Of a DNA stretch of 64,000 nt, positions 11,155 through 26,150 are shown in pieces. Made by a program: the position numbers and the translations under genes. The notes under the pieces are model-generated. The model did not search any database. It was not told the DNA's origin and was given only the letters and a program-made list of their open reading frames with translations. Source of the stretch: Cycas panzhihuaensis (lineage: Eukaryota; Plantae; Cycadophyta); contig CM041465.1 in NCBI GenBank assembly GCA_023213395.1, forward strand, positions 212,233,741-212,297,740, in the 5' to 3' direction. How positions within the stretch are numbered: the stretch's first letter is position 1; every line of letters begins with the position of its first letter.

Positions 11155-13604
11155 TTAGGCTAGACCATGGGCTTGTCATGGTCATCTTTTTAAGCCATTT
11201 GGCTTTATTATGCAGTGTCCGGGGACCTAGCTAAAACCCCTTCAATATTATTTTACCTTATTAAAAAAAAAAAAAAGTATACAAGTAGGTAGGATATAAT
11301 TTTAAACTTCACTAAGTACATCTATTATTAAGTAGGTTCACATAAACATAGGTTTAGGATATAAAACCTCCCCCGTATGGATTCCTCCACCACTCATATT
11401 ATGTGTCTTGTATTATTTCTTTTTGAGTAATATAGCCACTTATTTTTATTAATCTTGGACTTACTTTATATCATGTACATGCATTTGGGTACTTAGCCCC
11501 CATAATATTAATACATATACATAGACCTTATGGCTCCATGCTATATAACATCATAGAATAAAATCTAAAATGTATCAAGGTGTACTCCTCACACCTAATA
11601 GATAGTTTTACTAAGTTCCTTTTATAAAATAAGGGGATGATTACATCTCATTTCATAACTTGAAATGTAAACAAATAAAATACATAATAAAAGGTATATA
11701 AGGAAATATATAATAAAAATGCATTAAGTATATTAAGTGAGTGTTATACGCCTTCCCTCCTTAAAAGGAGAAATGCCATTAATATAACTATGTCATATGA
11801 ACAAATGAAAGCACTATTATTACATTACATTTTTAATTTTTCCTATGGATTCATCTAGTCATAAGTATTTGTTGGGTGCTAAATTTATCAAGAGTAATAT
11901 GGGTGTGTGTGTGTGTGCGTTTTAACATTTAACAACCACTCATTAATCAGAAACATCCAACCAAGTATTGCATAGGGTATTCCACCATTAATACTTTATT
12001 TATTCATCTATCCACATCTACCAATGTGATTACTCTAATCAATCGCATTAAACAAATAACCAATGCTTATAATTGGCCTTATGCTAAGAGTTTGATTTCT
12101 AGAATTATATAAATATAGTTCTACAAAAGCTATATATCTTTATCATTCAAATAACTAACTATAAATACTAACCCTCCATAATGATAAAATGGTATTGAAA
12201 TTATCTTCATAATTACTCATCAACTAAACTAACTCATGACAATATTGATCTCCATCAATTATCAACCTAGTTGGCAAAGTCAACTAGACCCAATGGTTGA
12301 TGTCAACCATGCCAATATTGATGACCAATATCTCTCCTTAACTTAAATTGTATTCCATCATATAATACTTACAAGCCAACATCTCTTATTAGGCTTAATA
12401 AATGTTTAATAACTAAAATAAATAGTTATGATATTACAAGATTAAAATAAATCAAGTTAGAAAAGAAAAAGAGGATTTTGGAGTTAATGGTGTCACATTT
12501 TTTTAATAGAAAGATAAAAAGATTGCTCTAATAAGGTTGTAGCATCAACTTCCATCTAAGTTTTTGAACATATTATTCCATGACTTGTACTACCACTTAT
12601 AGCTCTTTCATTAACATATTTATTGTTAAATCACTTCTAATATGTAAATTAAACTCTAATTAGTCATTAACATAATATGTATTACTAAGGAATTCATCTA
12701 ATTATGCCTACAATTATGTGGTTAATGGCCTTATTTGATCTATAATTATTTGCATCGTATATATATATCATCAAGAGCATCAATAAAACTCTTCCACTAG
12801 GATAAAAGTAAAGCTCTTTGAGTTCCTCTACTACTACAAGCCAACTTTATATATTTTTCTAGTCATCTATATCAACCATTCCTATAAGTCCTTGGCACAT
12901 GATTATAGCCTATTGAGGGACTATATAAATCCATTTTATTATTGAACCATGTTTTCTTTGAATTTCTAAAATTAAGAATATAATCATTGTATGGATGATA
13001 TCTCCTTCTACTTAGAAAGTTTAGTTACCATAATAATAATGTCCATTTGAATAGAACTAAAAATAGGTTTCACAAATTGAGTATGCTTCTCCTTTAGTTG
13101 TTAAATGGATGCTCTCAGTTTAATGACTTCATTAGAAAATACTTAAATATAATTCAATGCATTCTTCTTATAATGAAAAAATTATCTTTCTATCAACTAA
13201 TAATTATCACTACTAAATAATTCAACCTTGTTTCTTAGTCATATGACTAAGTAATTTCTTGATTTAAATGCTAGATATTTAAAGTAATTAATCTCTAAAC
13301 AAACTAGAAAATTGTGAACTAAAATCTTCATTAAAAAAGAGAGAGTTAATAGTTCTCAAAATGAAGTCTAACCAAAAGTATCCTTGACACTCTATTTCTA
13401 TCTCTTCTTTAATTTCTTGTAGTTGATTTTCTACAATAAATGGTGTCATATGCTTAATTATCAACAATGCCTCTATTAAATTATATTCTAATTTTTAGTA
13501 ATATTTTAGTCAATTCTCAACTCCTTAACATGCTCAGGAAGTGCTATTGATAGGTGATCAATTGAATGATCGGTCCCTAATGGATACATGTATTTCTTTA
13601 ATTT

Positions 13605-15080
13605 TGGGCCCCCTAGCAAAAATCTAGGAACCTTAGATATAATTTCTTCTCTTATATATATTAGGTATGCATTTGTTTACATGAATTTACTTATTGATTG
13701 CTTGGTGTTATATTTTATTAAGCATTTATTTGGTTTACCTATACATATTACATCTCTTATAATGATCAAGTCTTAAATAACTATGTTATAAAGGTATAAT
13801 AAATTAAGTCAATACCTAAGATAGTCACTCTTTCCTCCATTCTGATATTTCTTTATTATTTTGCATTATCTTTTGGCTTTTCTAAGTGTCAGTTTCAACT
13901 TAAAATGAGCTCGTACTCCTTTGGGTTAGATTATATGGGTTAAACATAATTTAAGTTCCCCTCAAATTTAGTTATCCTATAGGTTAGACATAAGTCTATG
14001 CCTCTTTAAGTAATTCATATTGGTTAGCATGAGCATTCTTTATTATTTTTCACCCACATTTATATTATTTTATTTTATTAGCATTAATATTAAATTAAAT
14101 TGATAATTTTATCTATTCCATCATATAAATCTCCTTGAGTAGATGCAAATAAAATGGTCATGATCTAAAAATATACATTGTATGAAGAGGTTATATCTCT
14201 TTTATGTTTTTATATTCTCCCATTATTTAGATTTGCAATGCTTAAGGTTGACTTCATATTAATTCCTTAAAAATAGTGTAATTAATACTCATTAATCTTT
14301 AAAAAACTTACATAATAATATATTTTAAGATTTAATATCCTTTTAGCCTCTTTATTTTATTATAAATACCCTTATTACCTTCCCATTTAATATATATCTT
14401 CATGATCATTATAGTTGATATTCATGCCATCTTTATTCCTTGCTTACTGACACTCAAGTAAGATACTTTTTATGGTTTTTATTATGGAGTTAACATCATC
14501 AATATCAATCTACTTAGTTTGATCTCTCACTTTTATTTTATTTTGGGTTTAAATATTTTTCTATTATATTACTATCATGTTATTTCCTTTCATTTTTTTG
14601 CTTATTTATTTTATCATTTAAAGAATTTATCAAGTGATTGTTAGTATGACTCACTCATAATCTCATTACTAGATGAGGTAACTCCTAATTTCCTTTTATA
14701 TTTGATATTTAATAATCTTTAATAGAATAATGGCTTCTTGGTAGTTCTCCTTATGATATCATTTTATAGGTAGAATAAATAAAAGGAATTATAAGTGCTT
14801 CACTAAGGACTCGCACATCAAATGAAGGTACACATTGAACTTTAAACTAAAAAAATAGCCTCTTTTGTACCTTGTTTGATTACTTTTAGCAAAAGAAAGA
14901 AAGAAACATTAGTTTATGTCATGAGTCAATAACTCTTCTTTATTAAAAGTCATCTAGTGCTTTCATCACACATAGGATACATGCTACTTGTAATATGAGA
15001 TTTGCCTCTTTCTCCTTAGGTGTACCTTGGGTCTAAGTCTTATACTATGTAGGAGAAGTAAAACCCTCTATTAGTAAATA
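13605..15080. repeat. Dispersed direct repeat, copy 1 (internal region of an unidentified old element)
   Basis: Colinear similarity with 24360-25642 + 30371-30540, e.g. GAACCTTAGATATAATT, GTAGATGCAAAT, CCTCTTTCTCCTTAGGTGTA. Confidence 0.8.
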
Positions 15081-15580
15081 TTTTAACAACCTTACTAGGG
15101 ACACATCTTTTCTTTTATATATAAATCCTTACTTGACCTTGTTGTCACTTATAAATAGACTTTATAAGTGTCTTAAAGTGTTATAAAGCCCTCTTAATAA
15201 TCCTTGATATATAAAACACTAAGTAAATGGTCTGTTTCTTACTTATTTTCTCTATTTAACATTTATTTACTTACTTTTTGTGCTTAAAACATTAAATTTT
15301 TTTATGCCAACTCATTGTTCTAAGGTTCTACTTATAAGTTTTCATTCACTTATTACTATTCCACCTCAAAATGGGAAAAAAAAAACATAGTCCTAATAAA
15401 CTTTTTTTTTTTTGGTAAGGTAAAATAAATAAATCATGGGTTTTAAAATAGGATCCCACAACCTAGTACATCCAAAAATGTATTAGTCAATTCACTCCAT
15501 GGTCGTAATAGACTCACAACCAAATAAGGTATAAAATAAACACTAGAATCAGCTAGATCATGCCAAGACAGGCCCCATGG

Positions 15581-18500
15581 CTAGCTCTCACGAACCTTTT
15601 CCTCCTCTACCAGTCTCATAAATTCCTCGAGGATAACCTCCCTCCATACATTTGAACTCTTGTTCCTCGCTCCCCAGTTAGCTAAATTGTCTGTCACTTT
15701 ATTACCTTCCCTATAGGTATGATGAAGCTGGACATTCTCCAACCCTTTTAGTGCTTCCTAGGCATCCTTAACCATAGCCTACATTCTCCAATCTAGAGTA
15801 GCTAAACCATTTAGAAATTTTATCACATTAAGTGAATCACCTTTAATCACCACCTTGCCAAATCCTCACTCAAGGGCCAACTCCATAACTTTTAGCATAG
15901 CAGCCATCTCATCCATGTGATTCATCTACTGATCATAGTACTCTGTAAAGGCCCAAATAACCTTCCCTTTGGCATCTCTACAGATACCTCTCACCTAACC
16001 TCCCTAGGGTTTCCTTTTGATGCCCCATCAAATTTTGTTTTTACCCAGTGGTATTTCGGTAGTATCCAAGAACATATCCTTCTCTTCCCTACCTGGATAC
16101 CTAGCTTTAGTCCCCACTTATTTAGGATTGTCCCTTCTATCACTGATACCACTTCTCCTCTATGAGTTTTACATTCTCTCTAATCTTAGTATGAATAATA
16201 TTGAGGATTCCATTTACATCTATCTATTTATCCTGGAAAATCCTCTTGTTTCTTTCTTTCTATGGATTCCATGCCATTAATGAAAAGGCAATTCTCTAGG
16301 TACTACCAAGAACTTTGCTTCTAAAGGGGCCCTGCTAAGAGATCCATTGGTCTATAGTGTTCTCTGATTGCACCCATTGGACTTCAAAGAGATCGAACAA
16401 CAACCTCAAAACCTCCTTGAAAAAGGAACAATGGAGGAAAATGTGGTCAACAGATTCCTCTTCTTTATATCATAAGACACACTTGTTTGTCATCTGAAAG
16501 ACTCTCTTCATCAAATTGTCCATCATTAATACCTTATTTTTCAGACAAATCCACCAAAAAATAGTTATTTTTGGAATAAGATCTAATTTCCATACCCCTT
16601 CCAATAGCTTATTCCTCTAATCCCCTCTTTCTACACATAGGAAATGGTATCCTTACTTTACTGAATACTCCCCTGATAAGGTTGAGGGCCAAACCACTGA
16701 GTCAGGAATTTTTATTTTCAGGATGTAAAACTTGTTTAGTATCCTGCTGAGATTTTCTACACTCTCTTGGGAACTAATCTCCCCTAGGAGATTCTCAAAG
16801 CTCCGCCATCTTCTTTCTCTCCCTTCACTAGTCAAGTAATCCTTGACATAAACCCCTAAACTCCTCTCATAAGGGGCCTAAAGGGGAGCAAGATCAAGCC
16901 TACATTTTAGGCTCTTATCACCACACCATATATCCTCCCAAAAATTAATAGTATTCCCATCACCCAATTTCCATCTCACCCTAGCCTTTAACAAGCTTCT
17001 GGACTTAAGAATACTCCTCTATGCTACTAACCTAGAAGAGGGAATTATACTCATTTAATAAAGAACATCCCTGAAGGTACTTTTGGGATAGAATCTTACC
17101 CCAAAGGCCTTTCCCTCCTTTAATTAAGCACCATCCTAGCTTTGCCACTAACGTTGTGTTAAATAATGACATTCTTCTCAGATTTAGTCTTCCAACCTAT
17201 TTTAGGGCATAAACTTTATTCCAATTTACTAGGTGGATTCTATCCTTCTCCTTCATCCCCAACCACAAAAATCTTTTTTGAATTGATTCCAGTACCATCA
17301 AAACCCTAACTAGTAATATGAATACTAACATCCAATAAATTGGAATACTTTGTAAGGAGGTATCCACTAATTGAAGCTTTCTATCCTGGCTAAGGAGAGC
17401 CCCTTTCCGTCTTGATAACTTCCTCCTGATCTGGTCAATAGCAGGGTCCCACATTTCTATCGTCATCTTCCCAACAAATAAGGGCATCCTTAGGTAACTA
17501 GTGGGCAACTTTTGAATCTCCATCTCTAATATTCTACTTATCCTTCTTTGGGTAGTAACCAAGGTACTTAAGAAACATACACAGCTTTTATTCAAGTTTA
17601 CCTTATGGTTTGTAGCCAACTCAAATCTTCTCATTCCTTCTTTAAACCTGAGGGCCTCCCTTAGGCTACTTTCCCAAAAAATATGTTGTCATCTACAAAT
17701 TGGTGGTGCACAATGTTGTCTAATCCAGACATCGGTCTAAGTCTTATGACCAGCCCCTATCTTTTGGCTTCCTCTATTGCCCTACCTAACAATTCAACCA
17801 AGATAATAAATAGGTAGGGGGATAGAGGTTCCCCCTATCTTAGCCCTCTGAATCTCGAGAAAAATCTAGAAGATATACCATTAATAATAATAGAGTATTG
17901 AGGATTAGAAATACAAAGCTTCATCCATTCTCTCCATCTCACTCCAAATCCAAAAGCATGCAAGCATTTGAACAAGCAATCCTAAGAGACTTTATTATAG
18001 GCCTTCGAGAGATCAATCTTTATTATCAGACTAGGCTCCCTTCTTTCATTGGCTGAATGAAGAGTTTCATGAATCATAATAATACCATATGTGATCTATC
18101 TGCCTTGCATAAACCCCTCTTAATTCTAAGAAATAATTTGAGGAATAGTCTTTTTTAGCCTATTCAATAGCACCTTTGCTAAGATCTTATACTTCATGTT
18201 GCAATGGTTGATGGGCTAGACTCCTCCAACTTTTTAGCCCCTTCCTTTTTTGGAATTAACACTAGGAATATGGATTGCCATTCCTAAAGGATCTTTTCAT
18301 TTGCTTGAAACTCTTTAATCGCCTCCATAAGATCTTCCTTGATTAAGTCCCATAATTCTTAAAAGAATGCAAGGGGAAATCCATCTAGCCCAAGCACTTT
18401 CTCTCTTTTCATACCAAAGACTACTTTCTCCACTTCTTCTTGAGTAAAGGGTGTTGTCAACATGGCATTCTAATTTTCATTGACCAATCTAGGAATAGTC

Positions 18501-19770
18501 CTCATGAAGTCCTTTCTGGCCTCCTTATCCCCCCCAGTGGTTCTGTAAACAAATCCATAAAATAAGTAATAGTTGTATTTTTTAAATCTTCTAAACTATT
18601 CACTTCCATGCCATCTTCCTTTTGGAGTTTGCTAATCTTATTACTAGCTCTGTGCTTTACAATAGTTATATGGAAAATTTTGGTGTTTCTATCTCCCTAT
18701 GCTAACCAAATGGCCCTCAATTTTTGCCTCTAGTGAATTTCTTCTCTAGTTAACAACTCCTCTAGATTCTTAATAAGGTCTTTTTCTCCTTTATCCAAAT
18801 CCTAAATCCTTCCTTCTACATGGATTCCAATGTCAACATCATTCAGATCCTTGATGATTTAATCCTTAGTGTGAATATTCTAGAACACCTCTTTATTCCA
18901 ACTCTTTGCTTGCCTCTTAACCCAATCCAACTTCTTCAAGAATCTATACATAGCATGCCCTTGAACAGGAACCTTCTACCATTCCTCAACCTTCTACCTA
19001 AACTCAAGATGTCTAAGCCACATCAATTTAAATCTGAAGGGAGACCCCTTATGATTCTCCATATCTGAGAAGACAAACTGAAGAGGAGAGTGATTTGAGT
19101 TGATTTTCAATAAGGCCTCTAACGTAAAGTCATTAAAGCACCTAGGCCACTAGAAATTTACTATAACTCTATCCAGCTTGATCTGGATAAGTTGGTTCAC
19201 CAACCTCTTGTTTAACTGCATGAACCAAGCTCCTCTAAGCATGACATCCGCTAACCCTCCTTTTTATATGAAGCTACCCAACTCATGCATACTATTTGAC
19301 CACCCTTCCTACCCCCCTCTCTTCTCAACCAGGCAAAGGGCTACATTGAAATCACCCAGCACCAACCAGGGTACCCCACAACCCTCATGGTATTCCAAGA
19401 TACTATCCCAGAGATTCCTCCTATCCTTCAGTAGATTTGGAGCATAAACATTTGTAGCTATCCACTTTAGATTGTTCCTCTTGTGAGTGAACCACATAGA
19501 GATATAGGAGACCCTTTCCTTGAATATCTCCTCTATCCACTCATCTAGATTCCACATCACCATTAAGCCTCCATCCCCTTGGCCACAATTTACTCCTATG
19601 CATTTTGCTTTCTTCCATATTCTATTCTTAGCTCTCAAGCTATTATCCATGTTAAGCTTAGTTTCTTGTAAGAAGATAATATTAGGTTTTTCTCTCATCC
19701 TCATATCTCTTAAAATCCTTTGTTTAGAGGGGGCATTCATCCCCCTAACATTCCATGAAATAAGCTTTAT
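15581..19770 (-). pseudogene. LINE ORF2 remnant (APE, RT, zf-RVT, RNase H)
   Basis: KLISWNVRGMN, FLQETKL, NVYAP, GDFN (ORF 19309-19740); RT C-terminal ORF 17197-17634; RNase H FDGA.KGN, KGDS, YREGNKVTDNLANW. Confidence 0.9.
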
Positions 19771-19774
19771 CTCT

Positions 19775-20992
19775 TTTTTCTTTTCTTATAGATCTCTGCA
19801 GCTTCTATTTGATCCTGACCTTCAACTCTAGATCTTAGTCGAGGCCCTTCGAAGAACCCATTATTCAGAGTTTTCTGATTGCCCTGGTCTACTTGGGCCA
19901 ATGCTTCCCTCTCTCTTAATATCTTCATAGATAGCCTTCCCACCCTTCTTTCAAACCCAACATCTACAATATTCCTCTGACCTACTTTCTTTTGATCCCC
20001 CTGAGGTAGGATCTCCTTGGTCTCTCCTTTTGGGTATGTTTAATGGTTACCACCTTCACCTCTATCGTTAGTAGAATCTGAGCCTCCTCCTCTCCCTCCT
20101 CATAGAGAGTATCCTCCTCATTGGGGTTAAACTTCATCCCCATATCCCCAATCTCCAAAAGAGGGCTCTCTACTCTCCCCTACTCTTGGGATTCTGACTT
20201 CTTTAGAGAGATATCCTCTAGAGGATCATTCTCTACCTATTTAACCTCATCCTCTTTCATATCCCCAGGGTATTTCTGAGGTGGGTGGCCCATCCTTCTG
20301 CATACTAAACACTTAAAATTATCCATCTTGTATATCACTGGCTATGCCTTACTCCAATCCTCTAAATCAATCCACACTTCATCCAGGAGGGGTTTGTCAA
20401 CTCTAGCCAGGGCATAAAACTTAGCATTTATTAGCATGTTTCTATTTCTTGTGGCAGAATCAACTACTAGAAGGGGACCAATGGCCTTCGACACGCCCTT
20501 CAAAACCTCCATATTCCATAATTACAGTGGGAGCCTAGGTAGTTGGATCCATATTGGTGCTTGTTTTACCATAGGTATTAATGGGTTAAAATTGTTATGC
20601 CATTTTTCTAACATTAGGGCTTTTCTCCCTAACATCCAAGGAGCCTTCAAGAGGATGTCAGTCATATCTTCCTATATGGTGAACTTAAATAATACACACC
20701 CCTTTAGCATCGCTATAACTTCTACAAGACTAACAGTCCTCCATATTGACCTAACCCAATTCCTTATGGCTTCCAAACTTGGTCTAGGTCCAAAGAATCT
20801 GCCAACTAGGTAGTTCTCCCAGTATTTCTCCATTATTTCCACTAGTTTCTTTGGTATTTGTAATATGACTTTGTTATCTTGGAGTATAGGTATTAAATCA
20901 TATTCCTCCTTTTCTCTAGATCTTAGAACCTTAATATAAGATCTCCCCTAATAGGAATTTTGAGATTGGTTTTGGTTCCTTAGTTCCTCCAT
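19775..20992 (-). pseudogene. LINE ORF1 remnant (DUF4283 + zinc knuckle)
   Basis: MEE..RSYIKVLR; LVGRFLGPRPSLEAIRNWVRSIW; PIWIQLPRLPL; FKCLVCRRMGH. Confidence 0.8.
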
Positions 20993-23753
20993 ATTATAAG
21001 TAAATATTATCTAAAGAAAAATTTAGAAATAATGATAGGGAATAATAACTTGACTCATAGTCTTTCTACTTCCATCTTCCCTCTCCTGTTAGAGCATCTA
21101 CAACCTTTGGTAGCCTGCCTCTAATAATCCTTTTAGATCCATAGCCCTTTTAAATAAAAGTTATCCTCCCGTCACTGTCACCTCTTCTTCTTCCACCGAA
21201 GTGTCCTTGTCTCTAGCTGGAACAAAGGAAGAAGATTTATGTTCTTTCTAACTAAAAGAAGTGGTAGAACCCTTAGCGTCTTCCATACTTTGATCTAAAT
21301 AGATCCCCAGATTTCCATTTCACCATGATGGCACACCTCCTTCCTCTATCTATACTAGAAGTTTGTCTCTAGTGTTGGCCGATCAAACCTACACTATACT
21401 TTTCATGCCATTCATTCGCCCTCTCTACACATCCTGAGGAGGTAATAGACCCATCAACTTCCTTTCTCCATGGTGTCATCCTGCTGGGGGACCCCCCTCT
21501 CCTTTGACTCAGATCTACCTCTATTACCTTCAGCCCTAGCTGCCTTAACGCAAATAACCAGATGCTGCTTAAAACCTTACCAGACACTCTGAGTTACCCA
21601 TAGCCCTAACAAACTTGTTTATGTCTAAACATGCTCATTTTCATTTAATAGCCTTTATTACTAATAAACAAAGTCACTTCTCTATTGCAAACATTCTTGA
21701 TTAGTGGTCCTATATATCTAAATGATGATATTACACCATCAAATTTTTGGTTTTAAGCTCTATTTAGGAGTTTTATCTTCTCTTATGCTAGATCTATTTC
21801 TAAATTTATTTAATAATTATTTTTGTTTCTAAATAATTAGTTAAATTATCATCACATTTATTAGAGGAGTTTGGCACATTTCCATATATATATCAAGTAG
21901 AAATTCATTTGATTTAGCACTTTTTATTTTATTTTTTTGGTCTAGTTTCATTGATCTACAACTCACTAGTATTTACTTGTATTAAATTCACTCTAAATTT
22001 TCATCTAATATCCTTTTGAACTTACTACATTTCTTGCCTCTAATTAATGAATCTTCTGTATAAAAATTCAAGATAAACTTCACAACCATTAGGTTTTTCT
22101 TTAATTTAATCAAAGATCCATATATTCTCATACCTATGCAAGCAATTAGGATTATACCCATTTTGCTTTTTTCCCTTAATCATCTACAATCCTTTGGTCA
22201 AACCATGCATGACACAAATAAACAAAGTTATAGGACATATTTTTAAAAATTAGCTGATTCTTTTTTTCCTTTTCATTAGCCTCATTAAATTCAGCTCAAT
22301 TTTATAATCACTCAAGTCTTTCTAGCTCCTAAATTCCCCATCTTATACTCACATATGCAACTTGCATAACCATATCCAAAACTCCTAAAGGAGATAAATA
22401 CCCTTTTTGCACCTCAAAACTTGATTTTCTATGACACATTCTTACTTCTTTGACTATATCTCATGTGATTAATATTAAATTTTTAATTTGTCTAAACTGG
22501 CCTAATCTTAACTCATACACTTTCATAATGAGTAATCACATGAACCTATTTTTACAACATTTGGTAGCCAATTTAATTATCAAAGTTTAATCAATGATCT
22601 TACAAAACCCTTAACACACTATTTTCAATGATATGTATTCACTATTTCACTCATAATCTTTTTGTATGACATCCATTTTGCAAATCATCTAAATGGGTAG
22701 ATTTTTGATTTAGACATTATCATAATGAGTACTCACATGAGTATTTTTGTAAATTATTTGATAGGTAATTTAATGAGTAAAAATTAATCATTTAAAAAAT
22801 GTCACTTTAATTTATTTTTTCCCTTAAACCTATTTCACAATGTTTACATTTGGTCCCTTGAGAAGAATATCTTTATAGAAGATATTCCTTAGCACCTAAC
22901 CCTTCTTGAACCAGATTTTATTCCCCCTACATATTTAGAAGTGGATGTAGTCTCTCATATTCCATAACCTCTAAGAGGTGAAGTTATATCATCTTCATCT
23001 ATCTTTGCACTTTTAGGAGTAGCGTTCCATTATCTATTCAATCTATAATAACCTTAAGTTTCCTACCTAGAACCCTACATATACTTTGAATTATAATACT
23101 ATTGTAGCTAAATTCTTGGGTCCTCCTTCAACAACTTCTCTCTATTATAGTTGGGCATGTTTAACCCCTATATTACAAGCTTTAGGAGCCCAAGCATCTT
23201 CTCAAAATGTCTCATCACATAATGTTACTACACATAACCCCATAGGGGAACCCATATCTAATCTAGGTTTGAACCCTCTCATGTAAGGTGTTCAAACTAG
23301 TTGGTCTAGTATAAGTGGTCCATAACCTACTTATGCTTACCTGCTTCCTCATCCTAATATTAAATTAGCCATGGTCAATTTATACAACCTACCTCTAAAG
23401 TATCTAACAATAAATCCTATAATTCATATTTTAACAAGTTCCACCTCTAATTACTACCCAATTTCCTATTACTTTCACTCAACTACTCCAAGATTTAGGC
23501 ACTTTGTTAAATCAAAGAATAAACCTCCAACTTGGAACTTTAGGCTATTAACACTTGTAACTCAATAGTGACATTTTTCTAAAACCGGCACTATCACTTC
23601 ATAATAAGTTCAAATTACAAGTAATCCCTTCTATTTTTATATCCCCCATCCTATTAGTTTGGTTTAGGTTTCATACCTCAACCTCCTATATCTCACAGTA
23701 TTTTACCATAAAAATCCATCTATTATTCATTAAACTATAGATGTGTTCAATCA

Positions 23754-23759
23754 TGTGTG

Positions 23760-23807
<48 letters not shown>
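23754..23807. repeat. Compound microsatellite (TG)n(TA)n(GA)n
   Basis: Seen directly in the sequence. Confidence 0.95.
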
Positions 23808-23809
<2 letters not shown>

Positions 23810-25642
23810 ATCTTAACTAATAATTTAGTAATGGATAGACTTGATTAACATATACAAAAGAGAAGTTATAACTAGATGGAGTGAGATACTAATATTATCA
23901 TTCTTGAATGTCACACCCCATGTTAATTTTTATTAAGATGTACAAATTTTATATTTGTATATTATTTTCCTTATTGACCAATTCTTACACTCTCCCATAT
24001 CCATCAAATTATTCTTTCTAAAGTAAGTCTTAAATTATTGTTTCCACATTTATGGCATTATTTATTCATATATATAGAAGAAAACTAAGGAAATCCTAGT
24101 CCTTATGTACCTATTAGGATTACTTGAGATTACACTAGTAATGTTATGCTTATTGTAGGGTTTTCCACCTTTGCTACACTTATAAAATTATAAATTAAAC
24201 ATTCTAGATTCAACCCCTAGTATATCCTACTCATATAGAACCTTGCATAGAATATTAGTAATATTATATGTTTAGACATAGGACATAATATTATTGATGT
24301 TTTCTCTTTATTGTATGAGCTTCGTCGAGCTCTCTTATAAAGGGAAAAAATTATTTCCTTAATCCTCCCTTCCCTAAAATCAAAGAACCTTAGATATAAT
24401 TCCTTCTTCCACACATTAGGTATGTATTTGTTTATTATTATTTTCCTAGCATTATATTTGATTAAGCATTTTTTTAGTTTACCTGTGTATAGTACATCTC
24501 TCATAATGATCAAATCTCTATAACTATATTATAAAGAATAAATTATGTTAATATTTAAGATAATCAGTTTTTCCTCCATTATAATATTTCTTCTTATGGG
24601 TTTAGACTCTCTTTAATCATTTTCTAGTGTCTATTTTGACTTAACATGAGCTTATACTCCTCTGAGTTAGGTTACATAGATTAAATACACTCTAAGTTAA
24701 CTCTCTTTTGGGATAAACACAAGGTAATACCCCTTTAAGCAATTTTTCTCTATCAACATGAGTGTTATTTATTAGTTCTTATCTATATTTATCTTATTTT
24801 ACTTTTTTTCCTTGATATTAAATGTAATTATTTATTTTATGTACTTCATTATGTATATATATATATATATATATATATCCTTAAGTAGATGCAAATCAAG
24901 TGGTCATGGTCTAAAAATAAACACCATATAAGGAATTTATATCCCTTTTATATTTTTATCTTCTCCCATTAGTTAGTTTTATGGCACTCAAGACTAACTT
25001 TATAATAATCCCTTAAAAATAATGTAGTTAATACTCATTGGTTTAGAAAAGATGAGTTAATATATTTTGAGATTTATTCTCCTTTTTCCTTCTTTATTTC
25101 ACTATAAATACCCTTATTGCCTACCCTATTTACACATATATTCATAATTATTATGGTATACTCACATTATCTTCACTCTCTACTTGCCGATTATCCAGTA
25201 AGGTATTATTTATTATTATTATTATTATTATGGAGTAATAATAATTGATATCAATATGCTTAGTTTTATCTCTCTCTTTTATTTCAATTTTGGTTTAATT
25301 ATTTTACTTACATTATTATCATTTTATTTCCTTTTATTTTTCTTACTTGTTTCTTTCATTTTTTTTTTAATAGCTTATATATAATCTCATCATTATATGA
25401 GTTTACTCTTAATTTGTTTTTTTATTTGAGATTTGATTTTCTCTAATAGGATAATGGGTGTTTATTAGTCCTTCTTATAATATTATCTTGTAGGTAGAAG
25501 AAAGAAAAGGAGTTGCAAGCAATTCACCAATGACTCACATATCTAGAGAAGACATACATTAAATGATAAACTAGGTAAAAGCCTCTTTTATATCCTAATT
25601 TTTTTTTTTAACAAAAGAAAATAAAGAATATTAATTTATAAA

Positions 25643-26150
25643 TATGAGAATTTAGAATTTCACTCTGATACCAATTTGGAATATACTCATTATATATAAT
25701 AAAAGTATATCAAACATATATAATAAATTAATTATATCATAAGGAATGTACATAGTTCATGTACTATAGGATCAATACATAAAGCAATGATATGAAATAT
25801 AAAGTATAAACATAAGAAACATGCACTATAAAATAGATAACTAATTTATATGTGAAAAATCTAATGTAAAAAAAAACATGGGAGAAGGTTAGACTTGGGT
25901 GCTCCTCTTTATGATATCAAATAATTATATCTCCTTTCTTAAGTTCTTAAGTGGTGTGTATACATATTTATAGATATCTTACTCATAAATAACTTATAAT
26001 ATTTCTTGAGTCATTTCATTATCTAATAAGATATTTACATGAATAATCGTGTATTATCATATTTATTAATACTTTTATAAGTGGGATTTTGTATGGATCA
26101 ATAATAATATATTAAATATTATATATATAAAAATCTCATATATTCTATTA
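25643..26150 (-). repeat. Family X 3' LTR
   Basis: Similar to 29750-30370; contains inner CTCTGATACCA (PBS on -) at ~25663-25673. Confidence 0.85.

Larger units (their letters stand above)
4854..11276 (+). mobile_element. Plant L1-clade LINE with RNase H (LINE-A), full length, pseudogenised
   Basis: ORF1 and ORF2 remnants; poly(A)14 at 11263-11276; 10-bp TSD AAGTATACAA at 4844-4853 and 11275-11284; GC-richer than the flanks. Confidence 0.9.
15404..21598 (-). mobile_element. Plant L1-clade LINE with RNase H (LINE-B), full length, pseudogenised
   Basis: Poly(T) at 15402-15413. 18-bp TSD CATAGTCCTAATAAACTT (15386-15403) / CATAGCCCTAACAAACTT (21599-21616) with two C/T differences. ORF1/ORF2 motifs on the minus strand. 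Confidence 0.92.

Noticed and set aside
22860-23720. Pro/Ser-rich ORFs as a host gene
   Set aside because: Short, stop-ridden, no recognisable domain or splice structure; probably decayed retroelement sequence
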